DNA from: an uncultured Thermomicrobiales bacterium
GTDB lineage: Bacteria; Chloroflexota; Chloroflexia; Thermomicrobiales; CADCWN01
DNA: 64,000 bases
Direction of reading: 5' to 3'
Assembly (NCBI GenBank): GCA_902806415.1
Contig: CADCWN010000056.1
Span: forward strand, 7,875 to 71,874
In this document: positions 1-9,990 of the stretch, piece after piece
Numbering within the stretch: the first letter of the stretch is position 1
How the letters are laid out: every line of letters begins with the position of its first letter
Translations under genes and position numbers: made by a program
Notes under the pieces: model-generated
What the model was told of the DNA's origin: nothing
The model's database searches: none
The model's input: only the letters and a program-made list of their open reading frames with translations

Positions 1-1473
1 TCGGACATCACCGCCGAGGTCTTTGTTGTCGCCGAGGCCATTGGGCGAGAACGGGAGGACCAGGGCCTCGCCCGACAGGGCGATGTCGCGGACGCCGCGC
101 GTCGGGGTGAAGATCCCGTAGAAGGCGGCGACCTCGGCGCTCCGCGCGCCCGGGCTGACCCGCACGACCGAGACGCTGTTCAGGACGACCGAACGGCCTT
201 TCGTCGCCGCCCCGACGACGTAGATCGCCCCGGCGAAGAGCAAGGTCAGGACGGGGATCGTCACCCAGGCGAGTTCGCGCCGATCGAAGGCGCGCAGGAC
301 GAGATAGTTCGCCGGACCGATCGCGATGATGAAGAGGAGGAGGACCAGGCCGAGCAGCCAGGTCGGCGGCAGCGCGAGCCCCGGAATGTCGCGCAGCACA
401 TTCGCCACCTGCGCGCTGCCACTGTAACTGTTGTAACCGCCGCTGAATGGCTCTTGCAACGCGGCCGGTCGCGGCGTGTCGAGCGCGAGTTTCCGCCAGA
501 AGGCGTTGGCACCGCCCCAACCACTCAGCGCGCTCGTGCCCGGATCGAACGCGAGGGAGGTCACTGTGCCACGCCCCCAGCCGCGCGTCGCCACCAGCGA
601 CGCGCCATCCTGATCGGCCAGGCGTGTCGCGCCCGCCAGCAGATCGCCGGTCGCCACCACCGCCTGACCGCTCGGCCCGTTCCCCGCGCCGAGCGCCGCG
701 AGCCCGGGGAGGCCCGCGACCGTCCGGCTATCGGTCGGTCGCAGGGGCGGTAGCTCCCCGAGCCCCTCGCCCGTCTTGCGCCAGTTCGGACCGCCCGCCG
801 CGACAAGTTGCCCGCCGCGCGCGACCCACCCGGCCACCGCCGCGCGCTGCTCGGCGCTCCAGCGCCCGGTCGAGGCATCGCCGACGACGAGGGCGCTGAA
901 CGACCCGAGGCCGAACGTGTTACCGGGGATCTCATCCGGCGCGACGGTGACCGTCTCGAACGTGGCGCTGCCATACGCGCCGACGATCGCGCGCGTCAGT
1001 TCCGCCCCGAGCGCCGCGTCATCGACGATCACCCCGACAAGTCCCTGGCCGGACCGCAACTCGCGCAGGGTCACCGGGGCGGCGGGGACACTCTCCTTGC
1101 CCGCCTCGAAACGGATGCTGGCAGTGCCGGCGCGTGGGGGAAACTGCGCGTAGAGGGTCAGCACCTTCTGCGAGCGGGTCGGCAGTTCGATCCTCTGGGT
1201 GAAGCGCAGCGGCGGGTCGGCCCCGGGCACCTCGGCGACAACCTCGCCGGAAACGCCGGGCCCGTCGTTCGCGAGCGCCACGGTGATCGGCACCCACTGA
1301 TCGGGGTCGTAGTTGCCACCGAAGTTGGGCGTCGCCACGATTCGCACCGCGAGGGCGGCGGCGGCGGGCGGCGTCTGCACGGTGAAGACCAGCCCGAGGA
1401 GCGCGACGAGCGTCAGCGCGGCCAGCGCGAGCCGTTGCGCGCGACCGCCCGTGCGCGGGCAAGGTGGCGGCAC
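1..1473 (-). CDS. membrane-anchored hypothetical protein, partial (3' end outside window; absent from ORF track because it runs off the edge)
   Basis: Manual minus-strand translation. GTG at 1473 is preceded by GGAGA. N-terminus VPPPCPRTGGRAQRLALAALTLVALLGLVF is a signal or TM segment. A long soluble part follows, then TM-rich LLGLVLLLFIIAIGPANYLVL and VTIPVLTLLFAGAIYVVGA. The frame is open to base 1 with strong GC3 bias. Confidence 0.7.
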   Translation of the reverse strand, partial: MPPPCPRTGGRAQRLALAALTLVALLGLVFTVQTPPAAAALAVRIVATPNFGGNYDPDQWVPITVALANDGPGVSGEVVAEVPGADPPLRFTQRIELPTRSQKVLTLYAQFPPRAGTASIRFEAGKESVPAAPVTLRELRSGQGLVGVIVDDAALGAELTRAIVGAYGSATFETVTVAPDEIPGNTFGLGSFSALVVGDASTGRWSAEQRAAVAGWVARGGQLVAAGGPNWRKTGEGLGELPPLRPTDSRTVAGLPGLAALGAGNGPSGQAVVATGDLLAGATRLADQDGASLVATRGWGRGTVTSLAFDPGTSALSGWGGANAFWRKLALDTPRPAALQEPFSGGYNSYSGSAQVANVLRDIPGLALPPTWLLGLVLLLFIIAIGPANYLVLRAFDRRELAWVTIPVLTLLFAGAIYVVGAATKGRSVVLNSVSVVRVSPGARSAEVAAFYGIFTPTRGVRDIALSGEALVLPFSPNGLGDNKDLGGDVR

Positions 1474-1815
1474 GGTGCATCTCCTACTCATTCTCCGCAC
1501 ACCACCGCCTTGTTCTCATGCGGCACAGCCGCGCCCCTCGATCTTGCCGGTATTTCTACTGCCCGTATCTACCCCCATTATACGCGCCGGTCCAGGTGAA
1601 AGTTCCGCCGTGTCGACGTTCCCGACAGGAATTAGGAGAAATGGCTGCTGTCTGCCCCGCCGACCGCTTGCTATAGTTACCCGGAGGAACGCACCAAGAA
1701 ACTTTGTGCGCCGCCCGGCGTTGCTACCAAAGAGGAGGGTCGCGCGTAGATCGGCGCGTAGCGGCCCGGATCGTGACCGACGACGCGATCGTCACCGAGG
1801 AGAGCAGGACCAATC

Positions 1816-3678
1816 GTGAGCGCCGAATCGGTCGCCCCAAGCCTGCCACCGACAATTACCAATTTCCTGCGCGGCACCCGCCGTCGGCTGCGGCTGCACG
1901 CGACCGTGACCGGCGCGGGGTATGGCCTGGCGGCGGGCCTGCTCGTCGGGATCGCCATTTGCCTCGTCGCGCGCGTGCGCCCGCTCTGGCTCCCCGACCA
2001 GGTTCTTCTCTACGCGCTCGGCGCGGTCGCTGTCGGCACCGTCGTCGGGGCGATCGGTGCGCTGAGTCGCCCGCTCCCCCTGAGCGCGGTCGCCGCGCGG
2101 GCGGATGCGGCGCTCGGCCTGCGCGAGCGCCTCAGCACCGCGCTCGAACTGACGAGCGGACTGACGCGGAGCAGCCTGGCAGGTCAGCACCTGCGCGAGA
2201 CGGCCGAACTGGTCGCCGATCGTCCGGCGGCGACCGCGCTCTGGCCGCGCCCGAGCCGCAACGAAACATATATCCTGGCCGGACTCGCCGCCGCCCTGCT
2301 CGTCCTGCTGATCCTGCCGAATGCCCAGACCGCGACCATCCAGCAGGGCCGGGCCAACGCCCAACTCGTGGGGCAAGCGGCCAGCCAGGTGGCCCAGGTG
2401 CAGGCGGAAGTCAACGCGCGGAGCAACCTCGACCCGGCGACACAGCAGGCGCTCCAGCAGCAACTCGCGCAGTTGCAGCAAGATCTCGTCAATAGCGCGA
2501 TCGACCCGGCGCAGGCGGTCGCGCGGATCGCCGAGACGGAGGCGCAGTTGCGCCGACTGCAAGACCCCGGCACCGCGCCGCGCGCCGCCGCCCTGCCACA
2601 GTTGGGCGAGGAATTCGGCACCTTCGGCGCGACCGCGCCGATCGGGCAGGCGCTCCAGGCGGGCGACTACGCGGGGGCGAGCCAGGCGCTGAAAGATTTC
2701 GCCAGCACGCTGCCGAACCTCGACCCGGCCAGCCAGGCCGCGATTGCCCAGAAGTTGCGCGAGGCCGCTGCGTCGCAGGCCGCGACCAACCCGCAACTCG
2801 CGCAGCAACTGCAGAACGCCGCCGACGCTCTCGCGAACGGCGATATCGCCGGGGCGCAGGCGGCGCTGAACAGTGCCGCCGACCAGATCGCGCAGACCGG
2901 CCAGGCCGCCGCCGCGCAGACCGCCGTCAGCGGTGTCCTCGGCGATCTGAACGCGATCAAGCGGGATGTCGCCAACGGTGTCCCGCCCACGACCGCGAAT
3001 GCGACCCCGCAACTGCCAAGCGGCACGCCGATCACGGCGAACGGGTCACCGATCGCCGGTGGCGGCACGCCCGGTCGCCCGAGCGGTTCGCCGATCGCGA
3101 TCAACGGCACCCCCATGACGCTCAATGGCACGCCAGTGGCGGTCAATGGCACGCCAGTGGCAGTCAACGGGACACCGGTCGTCGCTCAGGGAACCCCGCC
3201 GCCGAATGCGACGCCGGTGCTCGTGCCGGCCCAGGGGCAGGGGCAGCCCGCGCAAGGGCAGGGTTCGGGCCAAAGTCAGCAAGGCCAGCCAGGCCAGGGG
3301 CAGGGGCAAGGACAAGGACAAAGACAGAGCCAGGGCCAAGGGCAAGGCAATAACCAGGGGCAGGGGGGCGGCTACGGCAGCGGGGCGGGCGGCACGCAGC
3401 CCTACGATCCGGTCTACGCGCCCACCCTCCCCGGTGGGGCTCCCGGTCAGCAGCAGTCGATCCCCGGCCAGGGCGGCGGCGACAGCCCGCCGACCGGCAC
3501 GACCCAGGGGCAAGGGGCGAACACCCCCTCGGGCGTCCCCTACGATCAGGTCTACCAGCAGTACCGCGACCAGGCGTTGCAGGGGATCGACGACCCCAAT
3601 ATCCCGCCGGAGTTGCGCGAATATATCCGCCAGTATTTCTCGAACATCGACCCGACGAATCAGCAGAACCAGAAGTGA
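1816..3678 (+). CDS. membrane protein with Q/A-rich coiled-coil-like region, GTPVAVN tandem repeats and QG low-complexity tract (Bat-operon-associated, DUF4175-like by recollection)
   Basis: 620-aa ORF with GTG start. Two N-terminal TM segments (GAGYGLAAGLLVGIAICLV, LLYALGAVAVGTVVGAIGAL). C-terminal motif PPELREYIRQYFSNI resembles the tails of Bat-cluster membrane proteins. Confidence 0.65.
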   Translation: MSAESVAPSLPPTITNFLRGTRRRLRLHATVTGAGYGLAAGLLVGIAICLVARVRPLWLPDQVLLYALGAVAVGTVVGAIGALSRPLPLSAVAARADAALGLRERLSTALELTSGLTRSSLAGQHLRETAELVADRPAATALWPRPSRNETYILAGLAAALLVLLILPNAQTATIQQGRANAQLVGQAASQVAQVQAEVNARSNLDPATQQALQQQLAQLQQDLVNSAIDPAQAVARIAETEAQLRRLQDPGTAPRAAALPQLGEEFGTFGATAPIGQALQAGDYAGASQALKDFASTLPNLDPASQAAIAQKLREAAASQAATNPQLAQQLQNAADALANGDIAGAQAALNSAADQIAQTGQAAAAQTAVSGVLGDLNAIKRDVANGVPPTTANATPQLPSGTPITANGSPIAGGGTPGRPSGSPIAINGTPMTLNGTPVAVNGTPVAVNGTPVVAQGTPPPNATPVLVPAQGQGQPAQGQGSGQSQQGQPGQGQGQGQGQRQSQGQGQGNNQGQGGGYGSGAGGTQPYDPVYAPTLPGGAPGQQQSIPGQGGGDSPPTGTTQGQGANTPSGVPYDQVYQQYRDQALQGIDDPNIPPELREYIRQYFSNIDPTNQQNQK

Positions 3679-3773
3679 CGGCGGGGCAGATGGTGGATCG
3701 GTCTGTGAGCGCAAAACAAACATTTTGTGTAGATCAGTTTTCTCCCACCGCCTATGAGTGGGCGAAGTGGGAA

Positions 3774-3908
3774 GGGCGTATGCAATACGCCCCTACACCC
3801 GCGCACGGTGGTTGTTCTCCAACGCGGCCTCATTCCACCACAGGGGGATTCACTCACCCTTCCTCACAGGCTCTCACGGTCGGAGGTAGGGGCGTATTGC
3901 ATACGCCC
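3774..3908. repeat. inverted pair of near-palindromic 22-23 nt units (REP/MITE-like)
   Basis: GGGCGTATGCAATACGCCCCTAC at 3774-3796 has its reverse complement GTAGGGGCGTATTGCATACGCCC at 3886-3908. Each unit is itself a hairpin. Confidence 0.7.
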
Positions 3909-3979
3909 AACCCACGCCAATCTTCCGTAGACGTTTACGGACGGCCACCCTATCCAACCCACACGCGATCGGCGGGCCG

Positions 3980-4906
3980 ATGATCGCCCCCCCACGCCCG
4001 CGCGACGCGGTCTTCGACGAGGCGTTCCTGCGCAAGCTGGAGCGGCTGGATCTCGTGGCGCGCAAGCTCCGCTCGGGGATCCTGCGCGGCGAGCGTCGCA
4101 GCACCAAGCGCGGGCAGTCGGTCGAGTTCGCCGACTTCCGCCTCTACAGTCCGGGCGACGATCTGCGTCGCGTCGATTGGAACGTTTACGCGCGCACCGA
4201 ACGCGCCTTCATCAAGCTCTTCGTCGAGGAAGAGGACCGGACGGTCCACGTCCTGCTCGATGTCAGTCGGTCGATGGACTGGGGCGAGGGGGATGGGCAC
4301 AAGCTGACCTGGGGACGACGCGCCGCCGCCGCGATCGGCTACATCGCCCTCGCCGGTCTCGATCGCGTCGCGGTCGCCACGATCGGCGGCGGGGTCGAGC
4401 GCCGCGCGCCCGCGCTGCGCGGGACTCGCTCGCTGTTCCGCCTGCTCGACTTCCTGGTAGACACGGCGGGGGATGCGGTGGGGACGCCACCCGACGGGGG
4501 TGCCGATCTCGACAGCGCCCTCGCCGCCTACGCCGCTCGCGCCCGCAACCCCGGCCCGCTCTTCCTAATCTCCGATCTCCTCGTGGCGGGGGGCGGCAAG
4601 GCGGGGCTGGCGGCGCTCGCGGGCCACGGCCACGAGCCGAGGATCATCCACGCGCTGGCCCCGGACGAGCTCGACCCGACCCTGGTCGGCGAGTTGAAAC
4701 TGGTCGATCGCGAGACCGGCACGGCGCGCGAGCTGACCGTGGACGAGGCCGCGCTGACCCGCTACCGTCGCGGCCTCGCCACCTGGCAGACCGATCTCGC
4801 CACGCACTGCGCCGGGCGCGGCTGGCCCTACCTCCCCATCAGCACCGCCACCCCGTTCGAGGACGTGATCCTCAACGCCCTCCGGCGCGGCGGTATGGCG
4901 GGATAA
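3980..4906 (+). CDS. DUF58 domain protein (MoxR-partner family)
   Basis: 308 aa. Motif DDLRRVDWNVYARTERAFIKLFVEEEDRTVHVLLDVSRSMDWG is typical of DUF58. Confidence 0.85.
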   Translation: MIAPPRPRDAVFDEAFLRKLERLDLVARKLRSGILRGERRSTKRGQSVEFADFRLYSPGDDLRRVDWNVYARTERAFIKLFVEEEDRTVHVLLDVSRSMDWGEGDGHKLTWGRRAAAAIGYIALAGLDRVAVATIGGGVERRAPALRGTRSLFRLLDFLVDTAGDAVGTPPDGGADLDSALAAYAARARNPGPLFLISDLLVAGGGKAGLAALAGHGHEPRIIHALAPDELDPTLVGELKLVDRETGTARELTVDEAALTRYRRGLATWQTDLATHCAGRGWPYLPISTATPFEDVILNALRRGGMAG

Positions 4907-4974
4907 TAGCGCCGGGTGCCGAGTGGCGTTAGGGGGTTAGAGAGGTAATGAAGGACCACGAACGGAACGGAAGC

Positions 4975-5007
4975 TACTCGACACTCGGCACTCGGCACTC
5001 GGCACTC
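4975..5007 (+). repeat. heptamer tandem repeat (GCACTCG)n
   Basis: tactcgacactcggcactcggcactcggcactc sits directly upstream of the RBS of the 5022 gene. A near-identical string recurs at 59221-59245. Confidence 0.8.
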
Positions 5008-5021
5008 AAACAGGAGCGCTC

Positions 5022-6944
5022 GTGGGAGCACTGACCCCGATCGGGCTCGGGTTACTGGCGCTGGCGGTGCCGATCGTCGCGCTGTACATGCTGCGGATGC
5101 GGCGACGCGAGCAGGTCGTGTCCAGCACGCTGCTCTGGGAGCAGGCGATCCGCGACGTGCGCGCGAACGCCCCCTGGCAGCGGCTCCAACCGAACCTGCT
5201 CCTCTTCCTGCAACTCCTGGCGCTGGCCGCGCTCGTCGCCGCCCTCGCGCGCCCATTCTGGCTCGGCGCGACGCCGCTCGGCGCGAATCTCGTCGCGGTC
5301 GTGGATGTGTCCGGCTCGATGAACGCGACCGATGTGGAGCCGTCGCGGATCGAGCGCGCCAAGGGCGAGGTCCGCAAGCTGATCGATAGCCTGCCCGCCA
5401 ACGGGCAGATGACGATCATCACGGCGGGGACCGGCGCGGAGGTGCTGCAAGCGGCGACCGGCGACCGCGCCGCCCTGCGCCAGGCGACCGAGCGGCTGCG
5501 CGCCCGCACCGGCACCACGAACTTCACCGAGGCGCTGGCCCTCGCCGCGCCCGCCGCCGAGCGCCTGCCCGACACCACCGTCGTGATCATCAGCGACGGC
5601 GGCTTCACCCCGCCGAGCAGCACCGACATCCGCGCCACGGTGCGCTTCGTCCGCGTCGGCGAGCGGAGTGAGAACCTGGGGATCACCGCCGCCGCGACCC
5701 GCCGCACCGCCAGCGGCGCGGAACTCTTCGTGCGGGTGCAAAACTTCGGGGCGGTCGAGCGCAAGACTCTCCTCTCCGTCTACGATGGCGCGACCCTGAT
5801 CGAGGCGCGCGCGCTGACCGTCCCGGCGGGCGGCGAGTCCGGCTCGACGATCGGGCTGCCCGCCGCCGTCGGGATCCTGCGCGCCGCGATCGACGCGCCC
5901 GATGATCTGGCGCTCGACAATACCGCCTGGGTCCGCTCGGGCGGCAACAAGGGCCGGGTGCTGCTGACCTCCGCTGGGCCGAACACGTTTCTGGAGCGCG
6001 GCCTCGCCCTCCAACCGAACGTGGTCGTCGAGCGGGCGCAGGGCGGGGCGAGCGCGCCCGTCGGCGGCGGCGACTACGACCTCTACATCTTCGACGGGGT
6101 CGCGCCGCCGCAAGACCTGCGCGGCCCGATCCTGCTGATCAACCCGCCGCGAGACAACGGGCTGATCGCCGTGACCGGGACGATCGAGCGCCCGGCGATC
6201 ACCGGCCAACTCCGCGACGACCCGACCCTGAAGGGGGTCGATCTGAGCCGCGTTCAGATCGCCGAGGCGGTCGCGGTCGAGCGCCCGGAATGGGCGCGCG
6301 CGCTCGCCGATTCGGGCGGCAGGCCGCTCCTCCTGGCGGGCGAGACGGGCGGGCGACGGGTGGCTGTCCTCACCTTCGCGCTCGGGCGCTCCGATCTGCC
6401 GCTGACCCTCGCCTACCCGATCCTCCTCGCCAATCTGGTCGGCTGGCTCGCGCCGGACGCGGGCAGCGGCCTGCCAGAGACGGTGCGCCCCGGCGAGGTC
6501 GTCTCGCTCGCCGCGCGCTCGGGGGTCGATGGCGTGACGATCACCGACCCGACCGGGCGTGAGCGGCGCTTCGCCCCGGCGCGCGGCGTCGTCCTCTTCC
6601 CGAATACCGACACGCCGGGGCCGTACACCGTCCGCGAGTTCGTCGGCGCCCGGGAGATCAAGCGCAGCGTCCTGACGATCAACCTCCTCTCGGTCGACGA
6701 GTCGAATATCGCCCCGCAGTCGCCGCAGATCGGCGGCACCGCAGCGGGGGCCGTGACCGGCGAGGCGTCGCGGTCGCGCAACGAACTCTGGCGACCGTTC
6801 TTGCTGGCGGCGCTGTTCATCCTGGCGATCGAGTGGTGGATCTTCTATCGCGGCGGGGCGCGCTCGCTCGGCCTCTTCGCGCGCGATCTGTGGCAGAGTC
6901 GGCCCCGCCCCTCGCGCGGTCGAGCGAGGAAGAGGCCCGCATGA
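5022..6944 (+). CDS. BatA-like VWA domain membrane protein (aerotolerance-regulator N-terminal domain)
   Basis: 640 aa, GTG start after AGGAG. N-terminal TM plus LRMRRRE motif, VWA MIDAS-like VVDVSGSM, C-terminal TM. Confidence 0.8.
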   Translation: MGALTPIGLGLLALAVPIVALYMLRMRRREQVVSSTLLWEQAIRDVRANAPWQRLQPNLLLFLQLLALAALVAALARPFWLGATPLGANLVAVVDVSGSMNATDVEPSRIERAKGEVRKLIDSLPANGQMTIITAGTGAEVLQAATGDRAALRQATERLRARTGTTNFTEALALAAPAAERLPDTTVVIISDGGFTPPSSTDIRATVRFVRVGERSENLGITAAATRRTASGAELFVRVQNFGAVERKTLLSVYDGATLIEARALTVPAGGESGSTIGLPAAVGILRAAIDAPDDLALDNTAWVRSGGNKGRVLLTSAGPNTFLERGLALQPNVVVERAQGGASAPVGGGDYDLYIFDGVAPPQDLRGPILLINPPRDNGLIAVTGTIERPAITGQLRDDPTLKGVDLSRVQIAEAVAVERPEWARALADSGGRPLLLAGETGGRRVAVLTFALGRSDLPLTLAYPILLANLVGWLAPDAGSGLPETVRPGEVVSLAARSGVDGVTITDPTGRERRFAPARGVVLFPNTDTPGPYTVREFVGAREIKRSVLTINLLSVDESNIAPQSPQIGGTAAGAVTGEASRSRNELWRPFLLAALFILAIEWWIFYRGGARSLGLFARDLWQSRPRPSRGRARKRPA

Positions 6945-9910
6945 GCGTCCGTTTCGAGTACCCGCTGGCCCTGCTCGGGCTGCTGCTGATCCCGCTCATC
7001 TTGCCGATCGCGCTGCACGGGATCGAGCGGCGCGCGCGCGGTCGGCGGATCGCCGCCGCGACCGTGCGGGTCTTGCTAGTCCTGGCGGCGGTCCTGGCCC
7101 TAGCAAGCCCCGCGATCGTGCGCGCCTCGGATCGGCTGGCGACGATCTTCCTGGTCGATGCCTCCGACAGTGTCGGGCCGGGCGGCGCGGCCGCCGCGCG
7201 CGACTTCATCAAGGGGTCGCTAGCGGCGATGCCGCCGAGCGATCGGGCCGGGATCGTCGTCTTCGGCGGTAACGCGCTGGTCGAGCGCTCGGTCGGTGAG
7301 GACCCCGCCCTCGGCCCGCTCCTCTCGAAGCCGCAGACTGGCCAGAGCGATCTCGCCGGGGCGGTCCGCCTTGGGCTGGCCCTCTTCCCCGAAGGTTTTG
7401 CGCGCCGCCTGGTCCTCCTCTCCGACGGGCAGCAGACGAAGGGCGACCTCGTCGCCGCCGCCAACGCCGCCGCCGCCTCGGGGGTCGAGATTTCCACCCG
7501 CACCCTCAGCGTCGGCCAGGGCGACGAGGCGCTGGTGAGCCAGGTGCGCCCGCCCGCCCGCGCCCGCGAGGGCGAGGCGATCGACGTTTTCGTGACGATC
7601 CAGAGCACGCGCGGCGGTGCGGCCCAGGTGCGCCTCTTCGCCGACGGCGATCTGCTGACCGAGCAGACGGTCGAGTTGAAGATCGGGGACAATCCCTACA
7701 AATTCACCGTCCCGCAGGCCGGCGCGGGGTTCCACCGCTTCCGCGCGGAGGTCAAGGCCCCCGTCGATACCCACTGGCAGAACAACGCCGCCTCGGCCTT
7801 CACCGAGGTGAAAGGCCGGGCGCGCGTCCTCGTCCTCGAAGGGACTCCGGGCGAGGGGGACAATCTCGTCGCCGCGCTGCGCTCGACCGGCTATGTGGTC
7901 GATCTTCTCGCCGCCGATCGCGCCCCGGCGAACCTCGCCGAACTGGTCCAATTCGACGCGATCCTGCTGGTCAACGCCCCGGCGGAGGCGCTGGGCGCGC
8001 GCGTCAGCGTCCTCCAGAGCTACGCGCGCGACCTCGGGCGCGGGCTGATCGTCGTCGGCGGCGAGCGCGCTTACGGGCCGGGCGGCTATGCCGGGACCGC
8101 GCTGGAGGAGATCCTGCCGGTGCGGATGGAGATCCGTAACGGGGTGATCAATCCGCCGGTCAGCCTGGTCTTCTCGATCGACAAGTCCGGCAGCATGGCC
8201 GCTTCCGGTGCCGGGGGCACGGGCGGGATCACGCAGATGGATCTGGCCAAGGAGGCAGCCTATCGCGCCGTCAAACTCCTCCAGCCGCAGGATGAGATCG
8301 GGATCGTCGCGTTCGACGGCTCGGCCTACGTCGTCGCCCCGCGCAAGCCGTTGCGCGACCAGCCCGATATCGCCAACAAGATCGGCGCGCTCGCGGCGAG
8401 CGGCGGGACCGACATCCGCTCCGGCCTCGAAGCGGCGCTGAACGAGCAAGCCTCCAGCACCGCCAAGGTGCGCCACATCATCCTCGTCACCGACGGGCAA
8501 TCGTCCAACAACTTCGCCGACCTGATCGCGCGGATGACCAGCGCCGGGATCACCCTCTCGGTGATCGGCGTCGGTCAGGGGGTCGCGCCCTACCTGCCGC
8601 AACTCGCCGCCGCCGGGAACGGGCGCTACTACTTCGCCGCCGACCCGTCGCAACTCCCCGAGATCTTCCTCAAGGAGACGCGACTGGCGTTGCGCTCGTA
8701 CTTCGTCGAGGGCGACATTGGCCCGCGCCTCGGCGGGGCCACGCCGATCACCGAGGGTTTTGCCAGCGCGCCGAACCTGAGGGGATATGTCGGCACGACC
8801 GCCAAGCCGACCGCCGTCACCGGCCTCGTCTCGCCCGATGGCGACCCGCTGCTGGCCCAGTGGCAGTACGGCTTGGGCCGGGTCGTCGCCTGGACGAGCG
8901 ACGCGAAAGGTCAGTGGGCGACCGACTGGCTCCCCTGGTCCGGCTTCGCCAGTTTCTGGTCGCGCACGGTCGGCTGGACGATCAGCACCGCGCCGCAAGA
9001 CCTCCAACTCGCGACGCGCGTCGAGGGCGACCGCACGCTGGTGACGGTCGATGCGCTCGACCCCTCCGGCGGCTACCGCAACGGCCTGGGCGTTGTCGGC
9101 ACGGTCGTCGGCCCCGACGGCACACCGCACGAGCTCTCGCTGCGCCAGACCGCGCCGGGGCGTTACGAAGGCGATCTCGGCACACTCAACGAGGGGGCGC
9201 ACCTCCTGGCGATCGTCGCGCGCGATGGCGGGGGGACACCGCAAGCGGCGACGAGCGGCGGGGTGATCGTCCCCTACTCGCCCGAGTATGCCCTGCCGCG
9301 CGGCGACCGCAGCACCGCGCTCGCCCAGGCGCGCGAACTGACCGGTGGTGGCGAACTGGCCGACCCCGCCGCCGCGTTCGCGCACACCCTGCCGCTGGCC
9401 GAGCAGGCCCGCGCGATCTGGCCCCCGCTGCTGATCTTCGCGATCTCCCTGCTGCCATTCGACATCGCCATTCGCCGCCTGATCCTCAGTCGCCGCGATC
9501 TTCGCGCTGCCCTCGCCCGCGTGACGAAGTCGCTCGGCCAGCAGCCACCCGAACCGACCAGCGCGGAGCGCGGCACCAGCACGACCACGATGGGCAGCCT
9601 CCTCGCCGCGCACGAGCGGATGCAGGATCGCTGGAACGGCACCGCGAACAACAACGAGCAGCAGGGAGCGCGACCGCAGCCGCCCGCAGCGATCCGCAGC
9701 ACGACGCCCCCACCCCTCGCCGCGAGACCACCGAGCGTTCCAGTGCCGCCACCCACGACAGCAGCACCCCCGCCAGTCCGAACGCAGCCCGCCCCACCGC
9801 CGCCACCCGCGCCGCCCAAGCAACCGCCCCCTTCGCCAGCACCGCAAAGCAGTGGCACGCTCGGGCAGTTGCTGAAGGCGAAAGAAGATGCGCGGCGGCG
9901 GCAAGGATAA
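6941..9910 (+). CDS. large VWA-domain membrane protein (two VWA domains, Pro-rich C-terminus)
   Basis: ATG 6941 overlaps the upstream stop (ATGA). N-terminus MSVRFEYPLALLGLLLIPL is BatA-like. FLVDASDSV and FSIDKSGSM are MIDAS-like motifs. The track start at 6833 is an upstream extension. Confidence 0.8.
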   Translation: MSVRFEYPLALLGLLLIPLILPIALHGIERRARGRRIAAATVRVLLVLAAVLALASPAIVRASDRLATIFLVDASDSVGPGGAAAARDFIKGSLAAMPPSDRAGIVVFGGNALVERSVGEDPALGPLLSKPQTGQSDLAGAVRLGLALFPEGFARRLVLLSDGQQTKGDLVAAANAAAASGVEISTRTLSVGQGDEALVSQVRPPARAREGEAIDVFVTIQSTRGGAAQVRLFADGDLLTEQTVELKIGDNPYKFTVPQAGAGFHRFRAEVKAPVDTHWQNNAASAFTEVKGRARVLVLEGTPGEGDNLVAALRSTGYVVDLLAADRAPANLAELVQFDAILLVNAPAEALGARVSVLQSYARDLGRGLIVVGGERAYGPGGYAGTALEEILPVRMEIRNGVINPPVSLVFSIDKSGSMAASGAGGTGGITQMDLAKEAAYRAVKLLQPQDEIGIVAFDGSAYVVAPRKPLRDQPDIANKIGALAASGGTDIRSGLEAALNEQASSTAKVRHIILVTDGQSSNNFADLIARMTSAGITLSVIGVGQGVAPYLPQLAAAGNGRYYFAADPSQLPEIFLKETRLALRSYFVEGDIGPRLGGATPITEGFASAPNLRGYVGTTAKPTAVTGLVSPDGDPLLAQWQYGLGRVVAWTSDAKGQWATDWLPWSGFASFWSRTVGWTISTAPQDLQLATRVEGDRTLVTVDALDPSGGYRNGLGVVGTVVGPDGTPHELSLRQTAPGRYEGDLGTLNEGAHLLAIVARDGGGTPQAATSGGVIVPYSPEYALPRGDRSTALAQARELTGGGELADPAAAFAHTLPLAEQARAIWPPLLIFAISLLPFDIAIRRLILSRRDLRAALARVTKSLGQQPPEPTSAERGTSTTTMGSLLAAHERMQDRWNGTANNNEQQGARPQPPAAIRSTTPPPLAARPPSVPVPPPTTAAPPPVRTQPAPPPPPAPPKQPPPSPAPQSSGTLGQLLKAKEDARRRQG

Positions 9911-9990
9911 GCTCGGAGAGTGCGGAGAGGCGGTAGTTATGTCGTGGTAAGCCTGCTCCGGCGAGCCGAGGATCGGAGGGGTTGCCCCCC

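Noticed and set aside
4975-5007. Heptamer arrays, here and at 14987, 37042, 58431 and 59211, as a CRISPR array.
   Set aside because: The units are 7-8 nt, directly tandem, and have no spacers.
7220-9904. 894-aa minus-strand ORF. Similar very long ORFs are 39661..42132(-), 30638..32230(+), 53284..55326(+), 34952..36595(+), 5052..6209(-) and 42840..43772(-).
   Set aside because: They are antisense or off-frame shadows of well-supported genes in GC-rich DNA. Their composition is dominated by Arg/Gly/Pro/Ala, they contain no domain motifs, and the opposite-strand gene carries clear family signatures.
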